The position numbers were made by a program, and so were the translations under genes. A stretch of DNA of 64,000 bases from Amoebidium appalachense. Taxonomy: Eukaryota > Protista > Ichthyosporea. Below are positions 1-20,450 of this stretch, piece by piece (the stretch's first letter is position 1; each line of letters opens with the position of its first letter). The notes beneath the pieces were generated by a model. That model was not told the origin of the DNA and made no database searches. It saw nothing but the letters and a program-made list of their open reading frames with translations. The DNA is taken from assembly GCA_963693365.1 (NCBI GenBank), contig CAVNZM010000004.1:11684468-11748467 (forward strand). Reading direction: 5' to 3'.

Positions 1-382
1 AAACTCCCATGCTCGATCGTGTGACTGGGCTTATGCAAGAGTGAGTGCATGTGTGTGGTGTGCTTGCAGAATGGAAAGGTGTTAGAGACAACTGGATGAT
101 GCTGGTGGTGGTGCTTCGGAGAAAAGGAAGGAAGGGGGAACAAAGGGACACCGGGGAGGGGGGGGGGGGAGGGGGGGGGGGGGGGGGTTGGAATACAGTT
201 TCCGGTAGATAAGTCAAAATAGAAACAGAGCAAAAGGAACTGCAAAGAGATTACAGAAACGGGATGCAAAATAACAGTTGCAACATAAGCAGGGCCCATA
301 TCACCATTTTCAGAAAAAGGCCAAACAACCTCTGGGTGGCAAAAAACAGGTAGTGTGTGGTGTGGGAGGGGGAGAGGGGGGG

Positions 383-7481
<7,099 letters not shown>

Positions 7482-8135
7482 GATTACGTTGAAGGTACAG
7501 CCTATGACTTGACTTGAACAGATGTGCAGGTTGCTTAAGATGCACCACAAGAATAATCCGCAAGTCCTGCCTGTAGGTGTTAATGACTGTATATATGAGG
7601 AGAGAACACAAAGCAGCTATATAGTGGGATCTTTTGCTTTTTGGGGGGCCACCGGTTTCTTTGGGCATTCAGGTTGGGTATATATCCTAATGGGTAGTTA
7701 TATTTTCTCTATGCCAATCCGAGCATGGCTTTGCGTAGTTATACACTGTCGGGTGATGTCTGGATAAACTACAGATTTACTTCCGCGGATCGGACCGTGA
7801 TGCCTGGAGACGGTTGAGGCAGGGTGATGTTCCTTTTGCCCAAGAATGCAACAACGAGCCGAGGAACTGTGGCTGCTCTTTGGCTGCTCACGTCTACGGC
7901 GATGAAGGTAAAAATGTGAATGTGTGCTCGATCCCCACTTTGGGCGCAAGGATGTTAACGTTTATATATTTTTTATAAGTGCACTGTAAACTACTCATAT
8001 AATAGCCCTATCAGAACTACTTAGTACACATATATGCCTTTTGAAAGAGTTTTCGAAAGCGGCCACGCGTCACGGGACAACGTGCAGGCAATGCGCTCGG
8101 CTCTGAAAAGGCCGCCACTCGGCTTGGCGGTTATG

Positions 8136-8209
8136 CCATTTATGGTTATGCAGTTTCCATATATAGTTATCCATATACCATTTATAGCCACACGCATACC
8201 CAAATATGG
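8136..8209. promoter_or_regulatory. Array of four CArG/CArG-like boxes in the divergent promoter between RF1 and the BTB-WD40 gene
   Basis: CCATTTATGG at 8136, CCATATATAG at 8157, CCATTTATAG at 8178 and CCAAATATGG at 8200; spacing is 21/21/22 bp. Confidence 0.55.
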
Positions 8210-8660
8210 CTAGTGTGCGCTGTTCGATCGCGACGATGATTTCAACTCCCTTGCACAGACACTTTGTGCGGACTCTGAGCTTTTTTTTTTTTTGTAGTGA
8301 CTAGACCGTCCTGAACTCTCAAGGCTTTAGTGATGTTCTTTACTGTGTACCTTTAGAAAGACGCTCTTTATTGTATACCATCAGATCAAGGTTCTCTGCC
8401 CACTGAAACTAAGTGGATGAAATTTTCTCCAATTGTCCGTGCGTTACCCTAGTCTACCAATCTTTTGTCAAAGTGATGCTGGCTGAACTCCACAGACACA
8501 ATTCAGCTCTACGTGAATTCAATCCTTGAATACGAAATTAGTGAACCCAAAAGCATCTCCACTCCCTGGAGTGGAAGCTCAACCACTATAGGTACGAGCT
8601 GTTTAAACTGAACGTAACTCCATCCACCACATCCTCTACAACCTATTCCTACCGACTACC

Positions 8661-9911
8661 ATGGATCCCCAGCTTTTAGCAGACGCAAGGAGCAAACTCC
8701 ATTCCTTCCAAGCACTCAGCAGCAGTCTCTTTCACAGCCTGACGCAGCTCCTGGACACCGTGGAGGGATCTTCCAGCAGTTTGCAGGCCGAGCAGCAGTG
8801 CCTTGCCCATGAAAGGCAGCGATTGGCAGAGGAAAGGTGTGTTTTGTCTCGATTATTACCATTACCTTCTATCACCTCCCCCTCACCTCTCCCCTCCCCT
8901 TATCTTTTACACACACACATACACGCACATACCCACGCACACCCACGCCTACGGACAAACATGCACATACACAAACACTTGTAAGCCTCTGCTTAAGGAA
9001 AAGGATGAAAGTGCTGGGATGGCTTTCTATAGAGAAGTCCAAGATTCCCAGCCGCGAGCACAACACAAATTAATTAGCTCACGAGCATACATAAATACAC
9101 GTGTAGTGGGTTCAACTCGCACACACTCGTTACAGCACACAAGCAAGCGCCTAGCCCAGACAGGCCTGACTTATAATCTAAAAGTATTACAACATCAGAA
9201 GATCATGCACATATTCCGCCGGACACACACCGGTATTCTTGTCCATGCCAAGATTGCAAGTTATATGTGAATTGTGCTGGAAGCAACACCGTTTTCCATT
9301 TTCTGTTCTTTGCATTAGCTTTGATCTCTCCCCGTCTCCCCCCCCCCCCCCCCCCCCTCCCCTTCCACCCTCTTTCTTCCCCCCCCACCCCCTCCCCCCC
9401 CCCCCCCTCCCCCCCAACCCGCCCCACTCCCCACCTGACCCCCCACGGGCATTTTGCCCTCTGCTCTTCTCCAAAACATCACAGGCGGCTATTTCATTTC
9501 CCTTGCCCTCGTCTTCCTGCCTCCCACATGCTCTGTTGTCTTTCCCCACTCTCTTGCCTCTCTGTGCTTGCCCTCCACCACTTTCCTTGCACCCCCTCCC
9601 CCTCCCCCTTCCCCCTCCCCCCCTCCCCCCCCCCCCCAAAAAAAAAATACTATTGAATAATCTTGCACATTTTTTGAAGTATGTGTCCAGTCAATGGCTG
9701 CCTTCCATTCTTGAATGTCTTGCCCATCCCTTCCTGTCTCACAATAACACTTCTCGGTCCCTTATTCGAGTCTCTGGATAATTCCTCCCTTCCTACCCTT
9801 TGGGTCCCCTCAAATACACCGTGCCTTTAAACTCAAACATACATCATCTACACGCTTTAAATGTTCTCTCTTGTCACAGCCCCCCCCCCCCCCCCCCCCC
9901 CCCGGTTCTTT

Positions 9912-9961
<50 letters not shown>

Positions 9962-9979
9962 CACACTCACACAACACAC

Positions 9980-10062
<83 letters not shown>

Positions 10063-10731
10063 ACCACCACCACCACCACCACTGCCACTGCCACCACCAC
10101 CACCCCCAACTAAGTCTTTATGTTAACCCACAAACCGTTCACCCGTTCACTCTTCCTGAGTTCTGTTTTTGCACTTTCTCTTGCCCTTGTTTCATTATGT
10201 TCCGTCCCTCCGTCCCACCTCCCCCTCCCTCCCCCCCCCCCCCCCCCTCCCCCTCCCCCTCCCCTTCTCCCCACCCCCCCCACCCCCCCCCCCCCCCCAA
10301 ACCCCGCCCCCACCCCACCCCACCCCCACCCCATGCCTATCCCTGCCCCATGCCTATCCTCATCCCTTCCACTCTCTCCACCACAAACATTGCCCCACTT
10401 ACAGCTCTACGGGCACCTGCACTCTGTGATTCAGCAAATCTATAGCACACCCTCGAGCTCTCATATCTCTCTCTCTCTCCCCCTTCTCCCCTCCAATGTT
10501 TGTTCCCCCAGCCATGTGTCTTTTGGCCAATGCCTCCTTGTCTTGTTTAAGCGTCCCCATATTGCTGGTTGTTATTTTCTGGCCTTAGTGGGTGCAGTGA
10601 AACCATCGAGAGAAGGGAAGGGAGAGAGTCGGGTGGCAAAAGGGAAAGAACCGGTGAGGTTGGGTCGAGATTTTTTGGGGGGGGGTGGGGGGAGTGGGGA
10701 GAGGGGGAAGGGGGTGACGGGGGAAGGAGGG

Positions 10732-10765
<34 letters not shown>

Positions 10766-10989
10766 TGGGGATTCAGGCAAGACGTTACTGTCCACCTACA
10801 AACTGTACGTGTCTTACTCACAGGTCACCAAGAAATGAACTAACTAGCCCCCCCCTCCTCCCGCCCTCCCCCGGCTCCCACCACTACCTCGACGTGACAC
10901 CTTTCCTCTGTTATCCACATGTCTTCTACCCCTCGTCAGTGTCTCTGCCCCCCTTTTCCCTTCCGTCCTCCTACCACCTCCCTCTCCGT

Positions 10990-11024
<35 letters not shown>

Positions 11025-12399
11025 TGCCCGCCCTTTCCTCCTCTTCCCTCCCCCACACCTTCCTCTCCCCCCTCCCCCCACACACCGACACACCCTTTAC
11101 AGGAGCCAGTTTGATGCCGAGGTACGATGGATAGCCCACACAGCCGTGTTGCCAGAAGATGTGGTCACCTTGAATGTAGGTGGGGAGATATTCACCACCA
11201 AGGCAGCCACATTGCACACAGTACCAGGCAGCATGCTGAGTGCTTGGTTCAGCGGCCGCCACCACTTGGTGAGAGACGAAGAAGGGAGGGTGTTTATCGA
11301 CAGGGACCCCAATTGTTTTCGTTACGTGCTGGAATATTTGAGGCATGGAGTAGCCGAAACAGATGGAAAAATGGATTGGGGAAGCGAGGAGAAGGAGAAA
11401 ATACGACAGGAATTCGACTATTTTTGTATACCGTGGCCATACGAACCAGAACCCTTGGCTGAAGAGTATGCAAAAGGAAGCGAATGCATCGTTTTGGAAG
11501 GATTTGACACATATGTGCGGTGTGTGGATGTTGGTGAAACGGTCGTTGTGGGTGGTTCGTCCGATTCCATACGCGTGTGGGATGTGAAAACGGGCGAGGG
11601 AAAGTATGTTTTCGACACGTTTGATTCAAACCCGTCGGCGGTGGCGGTGTGCGAAAATTACGTGGCAGGGGGGTTTTCAAATGGGCGGATGATTGTGTGG
11701 GAATTGAAAACAGCGCAGATAAGCGCAAGCACGGGTACCGTGGGATGCATTGAGGCCTTGAAATTTTGTGCGGGGGGTACCAATGGAGAAGGAGCATTAT
11801 TGGCGCTATACCAGTTTGGAAGTTGTGATTATGGTGACGAAGGGGGGATGTTTTCCATGTGGACGCAGGATGAAAATTCGCAGTGGGGTCAGGTTTGGGC
11901 CGGCACACAAACAAACGTGCTGTATTCGGTAGGTGTGCGGGAGGGCTTGATCTATGGGGGGCACTCTAGGGAGGTTGCGATATGGAACCAGTCCGATGGG
12001 AAAAGGAAACACCCGGGGTTTTGGGGTCACTCTCTGCCCGTGGTTGGTGTGGCAGCTACAGATGAGAGGATAGCGAGTATGGGGTGGGTGGAGGGCAGGA
12101 AACAGGAACTATTAGTGTGGGACACAGCCGGAAATAACATATGGCAACTTACAAGCGGGTTGGGGTTGGGGTTTGCGTTTTCCCCTGGTGCACTAGTTAT
12201 TCATTATGGTGATAGTCTGATGATTCGCTCGATTGATTTGCAGGCTGAATTGGCTGTGTATTTGAGGGGGCACAATGAGCCTGTATCCTTTGTTGCTGTG
12301 TGCGGGCAGGCGGTGGTTAGTGCGTCACACAAGGAATATGTGGTGCGTCTGTGGCACCCGTACACACACGTTCGTGTGCCTGCAGTGGCACAAACGTAA
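8661..12399 (+). CDS. KCTD-type BTB/POZ domain + WD40-repeat protein (2 exons)
   Basis: Exon 8661-8836 (coiled-coil-like, ends AG|gtgtgt) joins in frame to exon 11103-12399 (ttacag|G). The BTB signature is VTLNVGGEIFTTK...GSMLSAWFSG...GRVFIDRDPNCFRYVLEYLR, followed by WD repeats (IRVWD, GHSLPV, GHNEPV..VRLWH). Confidence 0.9.
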
Positions 12400-12981
12400 T
12401 TACTAATAATGAATGTACCGTTGCAGCAGGCTCTCTGAGACTCACAAGCTTGTGGATGTATGTAATAAAAACGTTTACGGTGTGATTGAAGGCAGCTTTA
12501 TAATTTGGTAGGCTCATTGATTTCGAGGGTTGGGAACAAGGTAGAATAATCGTTTCAGTACGGGCGATTTAAATCTTAAATGTATACGTAAATGCATGTA
12601 CGTACACACCTGATATAAACGGATATCCGTATGCGCACGTGGACTAGTATCACACGTGCAACCCGTTCCCCCACACATAGCTCACGTGTACGTAACAACC
12701 CCAGGTTGAAATGTGCGCGCGACTCACCCGTGCACACACACACACACAGATACACACGCACACACACAAGCACACACACACACACACACACACATACAGT
12801 TAACTCGTGCAACCAATACCACTCTAGCGCACACGTGACGTGGGCCCCCTTTCCCCCCTCCTCCACCCACCCACACACACAAACACACACACACAGTATA
12901 CACACAGTGTCGATACACACGTGTGCACACACATAGAGGCACAGAGATACCCTCCCTCGGCCTCCAATTCAACTATCACAT

Positions 12982-13013
<32 letters not shown>

Positions 13014-13124
13014 CCCCTTTCCCCTCTCCCCCCCCCCATAAATCCCCACAAAAAATTATTTATAAACCACCATACCACCACGTGCACCACTACAACCTCC
13101 CCCCCCCCCCCCCCCCCCCCCCAA

Positions 13125-13162
<38 letters not shown>

Positions 13163-13617
13163 ATGTACACACACATAGCTGCACTTGCGCACGCACAGCT
13201 TTACACGCACATATTGGCATGCAATCGATGTGAACACACGATCCGTAGATTAACAGTATATAAACACACTTCAGTCATGATCACTCAATCACAACAAAAA
13301 AAAAAGTAGGAATATCATGATCTAGAGCTCGAGTGCACAGCAAGCCGTAAACACACGTGAACCCACAAGAACACATAACAACTCACGAAGACCTGGAATA
13401 GCTGTTTGAAAATACCAGGTCGCACTTATAATTCAGCAGCACCCCCATACTTGCCTGGTGCCCGAGAACATTTGTACAAGACAGCTGCCCGTGTGTGTAC
13501 ACGCACGTGTGTGCGTGACACAGCATTTCAAATTGGTTTCCGTGTGTGCATATGCATGCGCATGTGTGTACATGCAGCGCACCACAGTGCATGCAGTGTG
13601 TTCATGCTTGATGCCAC

Positions 13618-13670
<53 letters not shown>

Positions 13671-14444
13671 GCACATGCACACATGAGGTGAATGCAGCTG
13701 CCAGTCACTGTGGGTGGTTTGTGTTTTTGGGTGAAAAAGGAACACCTCCTGCCAGGAGAAAAAGGAAACACACGCGTTTTGAAGGACTGCTGGCGTAGCC
13801 GTGCATTCAAATCACAACCAGTTTTATGCATGTACTCAAGTGGGTAAGGGGTAGACTATCACTAACTTAGTTTGGAGGGAGGTGTCTATATCTGCTTTCA
13901 CGGGCACCGGGGCGATGGGGTGGGTGGGTGGGTGGGTGGGTGGGTAGGGAGGAGGGGGAGGAGGGGAGAGGGGGGGAGCATGAGGTGAGATTTGCTGTGG
14001 AAGAGCTATTGGACAACCCATTATGTACCACATAATTTCAACTTGGGAGAAAGTAGCAAGGCAATCGTGGGTTATATATTTCGTGTGTATAGAGGGGAAA
14101 GTGGAGGAGGGGGAGGAGGAAGGGGGATGGGATGGGGTGTGTGTGTGTGTTTGGGGGGGGTGGAAGAGGGGGGTGAGGGAGGATGTAAGCATTGACACGC
14201 AGACTTATCAGACCACCTTTACTGCTGAACTCTCTTTACCACATAAAGTACAGAGCTGACCTAAAAACTAAAAACCTTGCAACACCATTCACTATGACAG
14301 GTACAAGCCACACACCTACTGGCTACGCCTAGAGACACCACAACATAGCAAAGCCCACAGCTTCCAGCTTGAGACACAGTCTACCTAATTATCTAGATAT
14401 GCATTGCTTGTTTTCCTGCTGCCGTATACCTCACTAATCCCCCT

Positions 14445-14504
<60 letters not shown>

Positions 14505-15263
14505 TCCCTCAAAATCCACCCACCCACCCACCCACCCACTGCCACCACCACCACCACATGCACACACGCAAGGACACACACACACACACACACAAATACA
14601 CCCCGAACCCTACTTGTGTTTTACGGTCTTGTGTGTGTGGTGTGGAGTGTGTGCATGTGTTGGTACAGATGGGTGTATGCCTACTTTGCATGGTTAAGTG
14701 CGGTATTCTTCTAGCCGCTATTATCACATATACTTGTCGGTCTACTTCTTTGATGTAGGCTTAAAAACCAGCATCCACAAGCATCGCAACACACGACAAT
14801 AGCACCTAACGATCACTTCCCTCACAAAATTACATGCTAAAGAGAAAAAGTGAAGCTCATATGCTAAAGAGATAAAAATGAAGCTCGTGACTCACTCAAA
14901 CTATTACCAAGCCTTAACTAAACCACACTCGTGCCAACAAGCCATAAATACGTTACACAAACACAATCCCTTATCCTCCTTGCTTTTCTCGATTTCTTTT
15001 CTTCTTTGTGTTTTTTATCTCCCCAAGTCCCCCCCCCCTCCTCCCCAATCGTTTTTCATTTACCCCCCCCCCCCCCCCTCCTCCTCCCCCTTTTTCTTGC
15101 TTTTTCCCCCTTCATTCCTTCCTTCCCCCCCCCCCCCCCCCCATTCTTTTTCTTACCAACCCCCCTGTTTTTCTTTCTATTGTGGAAACCCAACCAACCC
15201 CATCACTAGGAACAAACTCGTACCATTTACGAAGCCCCAACCCGACAAAAGTGGTTTCGGTGT

Positions 15264-17627
15264 CTAGGCCGTGGGCTGCATTGCCGGGACAGGCATGGGC
15301 ATGTTTGTTGCACGCTCACCCCTCTGCTCGTGGTCGCGCAGATGTGCCGGGCCGTTTGCATAGGACACGGGCTGACGGCAGACGCCACACATGAAGTGGG
15401 TGGTGGCTGGGCCGCCAATGGTGGTGCCCCCCATGAAGCCGTTGGTGCCGGCCGCCATCTGGGGCATGCCCGGGCCCATCTGCATGCCCATGGCAGCATA
15501 TTGGGCCATGGGGTTGGGCATGGGCTGGCCGGGCTGCTGGGTGCGCATCTGCTGCTGCATGGCCAGCATCTGCTGCTGCATCTGCTGCTGCATGTGTGCT
15601 GCAAACTGGCGCTGCACCAGGGCCACGTTTGTGGCGTGCACCTGACGCAGCTGCTCCCGCTTGGTCTCGTCCGGCAGCAGCGTCACCAGGTCGTCAAACA
15701 CCCGGTAGGCCCCAATGGGCCCCAGCAGCTGCAGGAACTGCAGGTAGTAGTTGCTGGCGTCTATCTCCCCTGTGCGGAACTGCCTCGACATGGCCTTGAA
15801 GGCCTCATAACGCTCCTCGCTGCCCCCCAACGCCTCCTTGATGTCGCTGACCAGCTTGGCGTTGCGGTCCACATACCCGGGCGGGCCAAACGATGCAGAG
15901 TTGTGGCTGGTGGTCATGTGCACACCGTTAGGCGCCATGCCCGTGGCCGGGGAAGTGGGCATGGTGGTTGTGGGCACACCGGATGCGGCCATGGATAGAC
16001 CGGGTGGTGGCTGAAGGGCCGAGGAAACAGACATGGGGAGAGCCATGGGGATCACAGGCGGCGTGGTGGGAGCAGTAACCGGTGCAACCGGGGTGGGGAG
16101 CAGGCCGACTGGGGGTTTGGGAAGAATGCCCAAGGAGGGGGTAGGTGCCGTTACTAAGGATGGAGCCCCGGTAATGGGGGCAGAAGCAGGGTTAGAAGTG
16201 GCTGCAGGTGTGTTGACCTTGGTGGGGGCAGAAGAAGAGGGTGCAGAGGCAGAAGGCAGCGGTGCCGGCTGGGAGGGAGAGGACACCGACGGACCAGGGG
16301 TGGGGGTCTTTGCCTGGGGGGCAGGCTGGGTGCGGTGGGCCACCTTCTCCTTGGCTGCGGCCTCTGCACGGACCATGCCTGGGAATGTGCGGTCGGCACT
16401 GCTAACAGGGGCAGCCCGGCTAGTGTTGGCGGCTGGGCGAGAGGCGGCGGCGACGCTGCTAAAGTGGTGGGGCTCACTGGCTGCATTTGCAGAAAGACTC
16501 GGAAAGTTGGCCACGGACAGGCGGGGGGCACTAGTGGTGTTACGGTTGCTAGACGGGGAAGTTGGCCGGCCAACGGTGGTGAATGCCCCGGGCCCCGAGG
16601 AAACAGAATTGAAGGTGTGGCCGCGGGTGTGACGGGGAGCCTGGCTACCATGCCCACTGTGCGAGGAAGAACTAGCCTCGGATGCTGGAGTATACCCGAT
16701 AAACCCAAGCTCGGGGGCTAGAATTCGTGCCGTAGCCGCCTTACGCTGCGCACGAGACATCCCCTTGGTGTGTTCGGCGGCAACATGCGCACGAAGGGCC
16801 GTCTCCGTTCCGAAAACAATGTACTTCTTGTCGCGACACTCCGGGTTGTTACACAAGTAATGCTCACTAACAAAGTGGTTCTCTAAATCTGCATACTCTG
16901 CCCACCACGAATTGGCATTCTCACAGAGATGACACTGGAAATGACTGTCGCGCAAATGCCGCAGAAGGTCGTCGTTGCCAAAGAAAAGTGTGTGGCAAAA
17001 CTGACACGAAGGGTGGCCGCGATGCGATGTGTCGTTCGGATCACCAAACTCGTTGTGAATGGCCAACTCTTTAAGCGTGTAAAGGTGGTGAGAACCTAAG
17101 AATATCTTTAAGTTCGCTATGCATAAATCACATAAATACTTTTCGTGAGCTTTGGACAGGTGGCCCTTAAGTTGGTCCAGATCGTCAAAAACGTCGGCGC
17201 AAATTTGACAAGCAAACTGGAACACACCCATGACTTGGGTAAGAAGGGCGGTATCGTCGAAATACACCTGGAGGGTCTCCATAAACGGTCTACCGGACGC
17301 AATAAGCTCCTCATACGGCAACGTCTTGTCTTTGGTAAACACGACCTTTTCCATATCCGCGCGGCATAACACACAGAAGTTACTCTTGCCAAGCACCCGC
17401 ATGCGCAGGGAGCACATATGGCAGAGCACCCGGTGATTGCAACAGCCAACAGCATAATAGGTGATGTCATCACAACATGCTGTACACGTCGTTAAGGCTG
17501 GTAGGACCACGGGGGACTCGCTACCGGAAGAACCGTTCATGACCTTTTCCGCTTTCGTTTCCACTGTGGCGGGTCTCTGGGCCGGCACCGCCTGGGCTTT
17601 AGCCGCTTGCTTCTTCTTGTTCGCCAT
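15264..17627 (-). CDS. ZNF598: E3 ubiquitin ligase ZNF598/Hel2 (ribosome-collision sensor), single coding exon
   Basis: N-terminal RING (CTACC...CCNHRVLCHMCSLRMR...CVLCR), tandem C2H2-like fingers (HRGHPSCQFCHTLFFGNDDLLRHLRDSHFQCHLC; LENHFVSEHYLC), a low-complexity middle, and a C-terminal helical domain (FKAMSRQFRTG...DLVTLLPDETKREQL). Probable start is MANKKKQ at 17627. Confidence 0.92.
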   Translation of the reverse strand: MANKKKQAAKAQAVPAQRPATVETKAEKVMNGSSGSESPVVLPALTTCTACCDDITYYAVGCCNHRVLCHMCSLRMRVLGKSNFCVLCRADMEKVVFTKDKTLPYEELIASGRPFMETLQVYFDDTALLTQVMGVFQFACQICADVFDDLDQLKGHLSKAHEKYLCDLCIANLKIFLGSHHLYTLKELAIHNEFGDPNDTSHRGHPSCQFCHTLFFGNDDLLRHLRDSHFQCHLCENANSWWAEYADLENHFVSEHYLCNNPECRDKKYIVFGTETALRAHVAAEHTKGMSRAQRKAATARILAPELGFIGYTPASEASSSSHSGHGSQAPRHTRGHTFNSVSSGPGAFTTVGRPTSPSSNRNTTSAPRLSVANFPSLSANAASEPHHFSSVAAASRPAANTSRAAPVSSADRTFPGMVRAEAAAKEKVAHRTQPAPQAKTPTPGPSVSSPSQPAPLPSASAPSSSAPTKVNTPAATSNPASAPITGAPSLVTAPTPSLGILPKPPVGLLPTPVAPVTAPTTPPVIPMALPMSVSSALQPPPGLSMAASGVPTTTMPTSPATGMAPNGVHMTTSHNSASFGPPGYVDRNAKLVSDIKEALGGSEERYEAFKAMSRQFRTGEIDASNYYLQFLQLLGPIGAYRVFDDLVTLLPDETKREQLRQVHATNVALVQRQFAAHMQQQMQQQMLAMQQQMRTQQPGQPMPNPMAQYAAMGMQMGPGMPQMAAGTNGFMGGTTIGGPATTHFMCGVCRQPVSYANGPAHLRDHEQRGERATNMPMPVPAMQPTA

Positions 17628-19971
17628 TATTTCTGCAGAATAAGTACGAAGTGGGCAGTTAGTACAAGCACAAAAGATCCTCCATGACCAATTACAAAGG
17701 CGAGCTCTACCGATGCAAGAATGGCCACTAAGTGTAGTGGAATATCCGATAGGCAGATGCACACGTGCAGCCAAAACCATTGTGATTGTTCAAGTAAAAA
17801 TGTCTTAACTCACGCTAAGGCAGCTTGCCGAGGAAGCACCGCTGTAGCACAAGACAAACCATCACCGTAGCCTAACTCCTTAACCGTCCCCAGCAGCCCA
17901 CCTTTCCCGTCATCAGCCAGTACCCCAGGCGCAAAGCCACAATCCACCCTCCCCCGCGCAAAAAGGAAAAAAGCGGAAAAACTAAGCCTTTGTCTTGCCT
18001 GTCCTGTTTTTCTCTCTCTGCCAGCCTGCTTCCCACAAAAACCACTCTTAGAGCACAGGGAAATGTGTGACATCACCCGAGGAGGCGACATACGCTGTGG
18101 AAAAACTACATCTTCGCTCAGTGTCTATCAGAAACAGCCTGGAGGTAGAGCTTAAGGGGTGTCTGCTTTATAAGCAGAGTGTAGGTGTGACATACCCGAT
18201 GCTTTAAGACCAGAAGCCGAAGATGGAAGACAAACTGAAAACAACAGCTTTGCACACTGCTGGAAGAAGGGTTTTGTCAGAAAACGTTGAAGTGTGCTCA
18301 TGTGTAGGAAATCGTGGCAAGAACAAAAAAAGCGCGATGCTTGGTTCAACTGCAGAACCTTTCTCTCCCTAGGTCACACACATACACTAACACAACAAAT
18401 CCACGATGGCCTGAAAACCTCTAAAAGCCTCTCTTGGTTTTCCACACAACCCAGGAAAGGTTTTCCACACACCCCAGAAAAGCGAAAGAGTGAGACACGA
18501 AAAACTCCAAACCCACAAAACCAAAGGAGTTTTTACCAGATTTCGAAACAGCAGGAGCCAAAAAGAAAGCAGTCTCTCTATATGCACCTTTTTTTCGCAC
18601 TTATGAAGCACAACTACCACATAAGAATATTGCAAACGTGCTTCTGGAATGGCACTCCACCAAAAAGATCAGCTGGCCTTCAAAAGAAGAAAAAGGTACG
18701 ACTCCTTCAACATTCTTTTTGTCGCAGCTCAACATAGATCGTTCCCTCACGCTTCCAGTTCAAAAGAAGAAAAGGCATCCAAACAAAAGCATGAAATAAG
18801 CATCTATAGCGTTCAAGAAAAGCGTCTCTGGTATCTAGAAATCTGAACGAAAAGTCAAAGGATCCGTCAGAGTAAGAAACGCAGCATCAGGTTTGACAGT
18901 CGTGCTACTGTGAATTTTCACGAACTGAAAATCTGCTTGACGCTACCAAAACCACAAACAAAGTAACACCACCGGTTTCCTACACAGAGCTCAAGAAACC
19001 CAAGCCTCTTGTGTTACACCCAAGGTAAACCAAATCCTCCCCGGACGTGAATGACTTTACACTTACCCAAGAAGAGACCTTAACGCTCAAACTTGCACAG
19101 GTCTCTCAAGATCTGCTTGCCTTTTCCACTACCTTCAAAACACGGCAAGGAGCAACTTCTCTCACGCTTTACACATACACTCTATCCAAGCTAAACGTAG
19201 AAAACTCAAAATCTCTACCAGCTTGCAACGAGAAACCAACTGAGTTGCCACAGTGACAGAGCGCACACGTCTGTCGCCTCGGACACGATCTGAGACTCTC
19301 CCCAAAATATTTTTTTGGGGGGGGTTTACATTTACCATAAACTTGAATAACTCTCAGAAAAAACTTATTCTGTGCACATGTGTGTATAAGAGTTACTCGA
19401 AGGAAGAGTATAATGTATAGTCGTTTTTCAGGAAAATTATATTAACCTTAATTTGCCGTTTATTTCATGTGCGTAATCCTCAACGTACTTGTGCTTCATA
19501 AATATTCTTTTCCTGCTGAAATTTGTCAGAGCCGTATTGAAAAAGGGGATCTATCAACTACGCCAATCAAACGTTCCTGAAAATTCCCAACGACGTTCCA
19601 TTGGTCATTTTGAGCGCGGGCGCGCGTAACTTGTAACGAGGTGACACGAAACCTTCGGACGTTTCCAAAGTTTCTTCGAACTCCGGATCCTCTCCCACTT
19701 TTAAAATCTTCCCCAATTTCCTGATCCGTAGGCTACCATCTCCTCCCCCCCCCCCCCCCCCCCCCCCCTTCTTTCCATCACAACTACTAGTGTGTAGTAA
19801 GATACTGGCAGCCGAACGCGGGGCTTCCGTGTGCAAAACAGGGGCGGAAGCCTTTAGCTCTTCTTCGTGCACCTAGTCACTTTATGCCCCCTTGCTGACT
19901 AGTCAGAAAACACTTCAGCCAGGCAGTGCACGTCATACTGGCCGTTTTGTAACAGAGAAAGTGGGAATGGT

Positions 19972-20011
19972 GAGGGAGGGAGGGAGGGAGGGAGGGAGGG
20001 AGGGAGGGAGG

Positions 20012-20065
<54 letters not shown>

Positions 20066-20070
20066 GGAGG

Positions 20071-20142
<72 letters not shown>

Positions 20143-20189
20143 TAGGAGAGAGAGAGAGAGGAGGGAGGGAGGGAGGGAGGGAGGGGGGG

Positions 20190-20259
<70 letters not shown>

Positions 20260-20336
20260 GGGGCAGAGATTGAATGAGAAAGAGGAGAGACAGAGACCGA
20301 GAGAGAGAGAGAGAGAGAGAGTGTGTGTGTGTGTGT

Positions 20337-20429
<93 letters not shown>

Positions 20430-20450
20430 TGTGTGTGTGTGTGTGTGTGT
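19972..20450. repeat. Compound (GGGA)n/(GA)n/(GT)n microsatellite block
   Basis: Direct inspection of the sequence. Confidence 0.95.

Noticed and set aside
10120-11102. N-terminal extension of the 759-aa ORF
   Set aside because: This is low-complexity intron; a clean acceptor at 11102 joins in frame to the exon at 8661-8836.
14834-14886. Short tandem duplications (also 36148-36204, 27095-27156, 60141-60236)
   Set aside because: Ordinary local slippage duplications with no further structure.
17628-17780. 51-aa N-terminal extension of ZNF598
   Set aside because: An acceptor-like ttctgcag sits just before MANKKK, so this is more likely 5' UTR or intron; not fully excluded.
19567-19872. 101-aa minus-strand ORF upstream of ZNF598
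   Set aside because: It has a non-ATG start, is interrupted by a poly(G) run, shows no recognisable motif, and no consistent splice chain was found.
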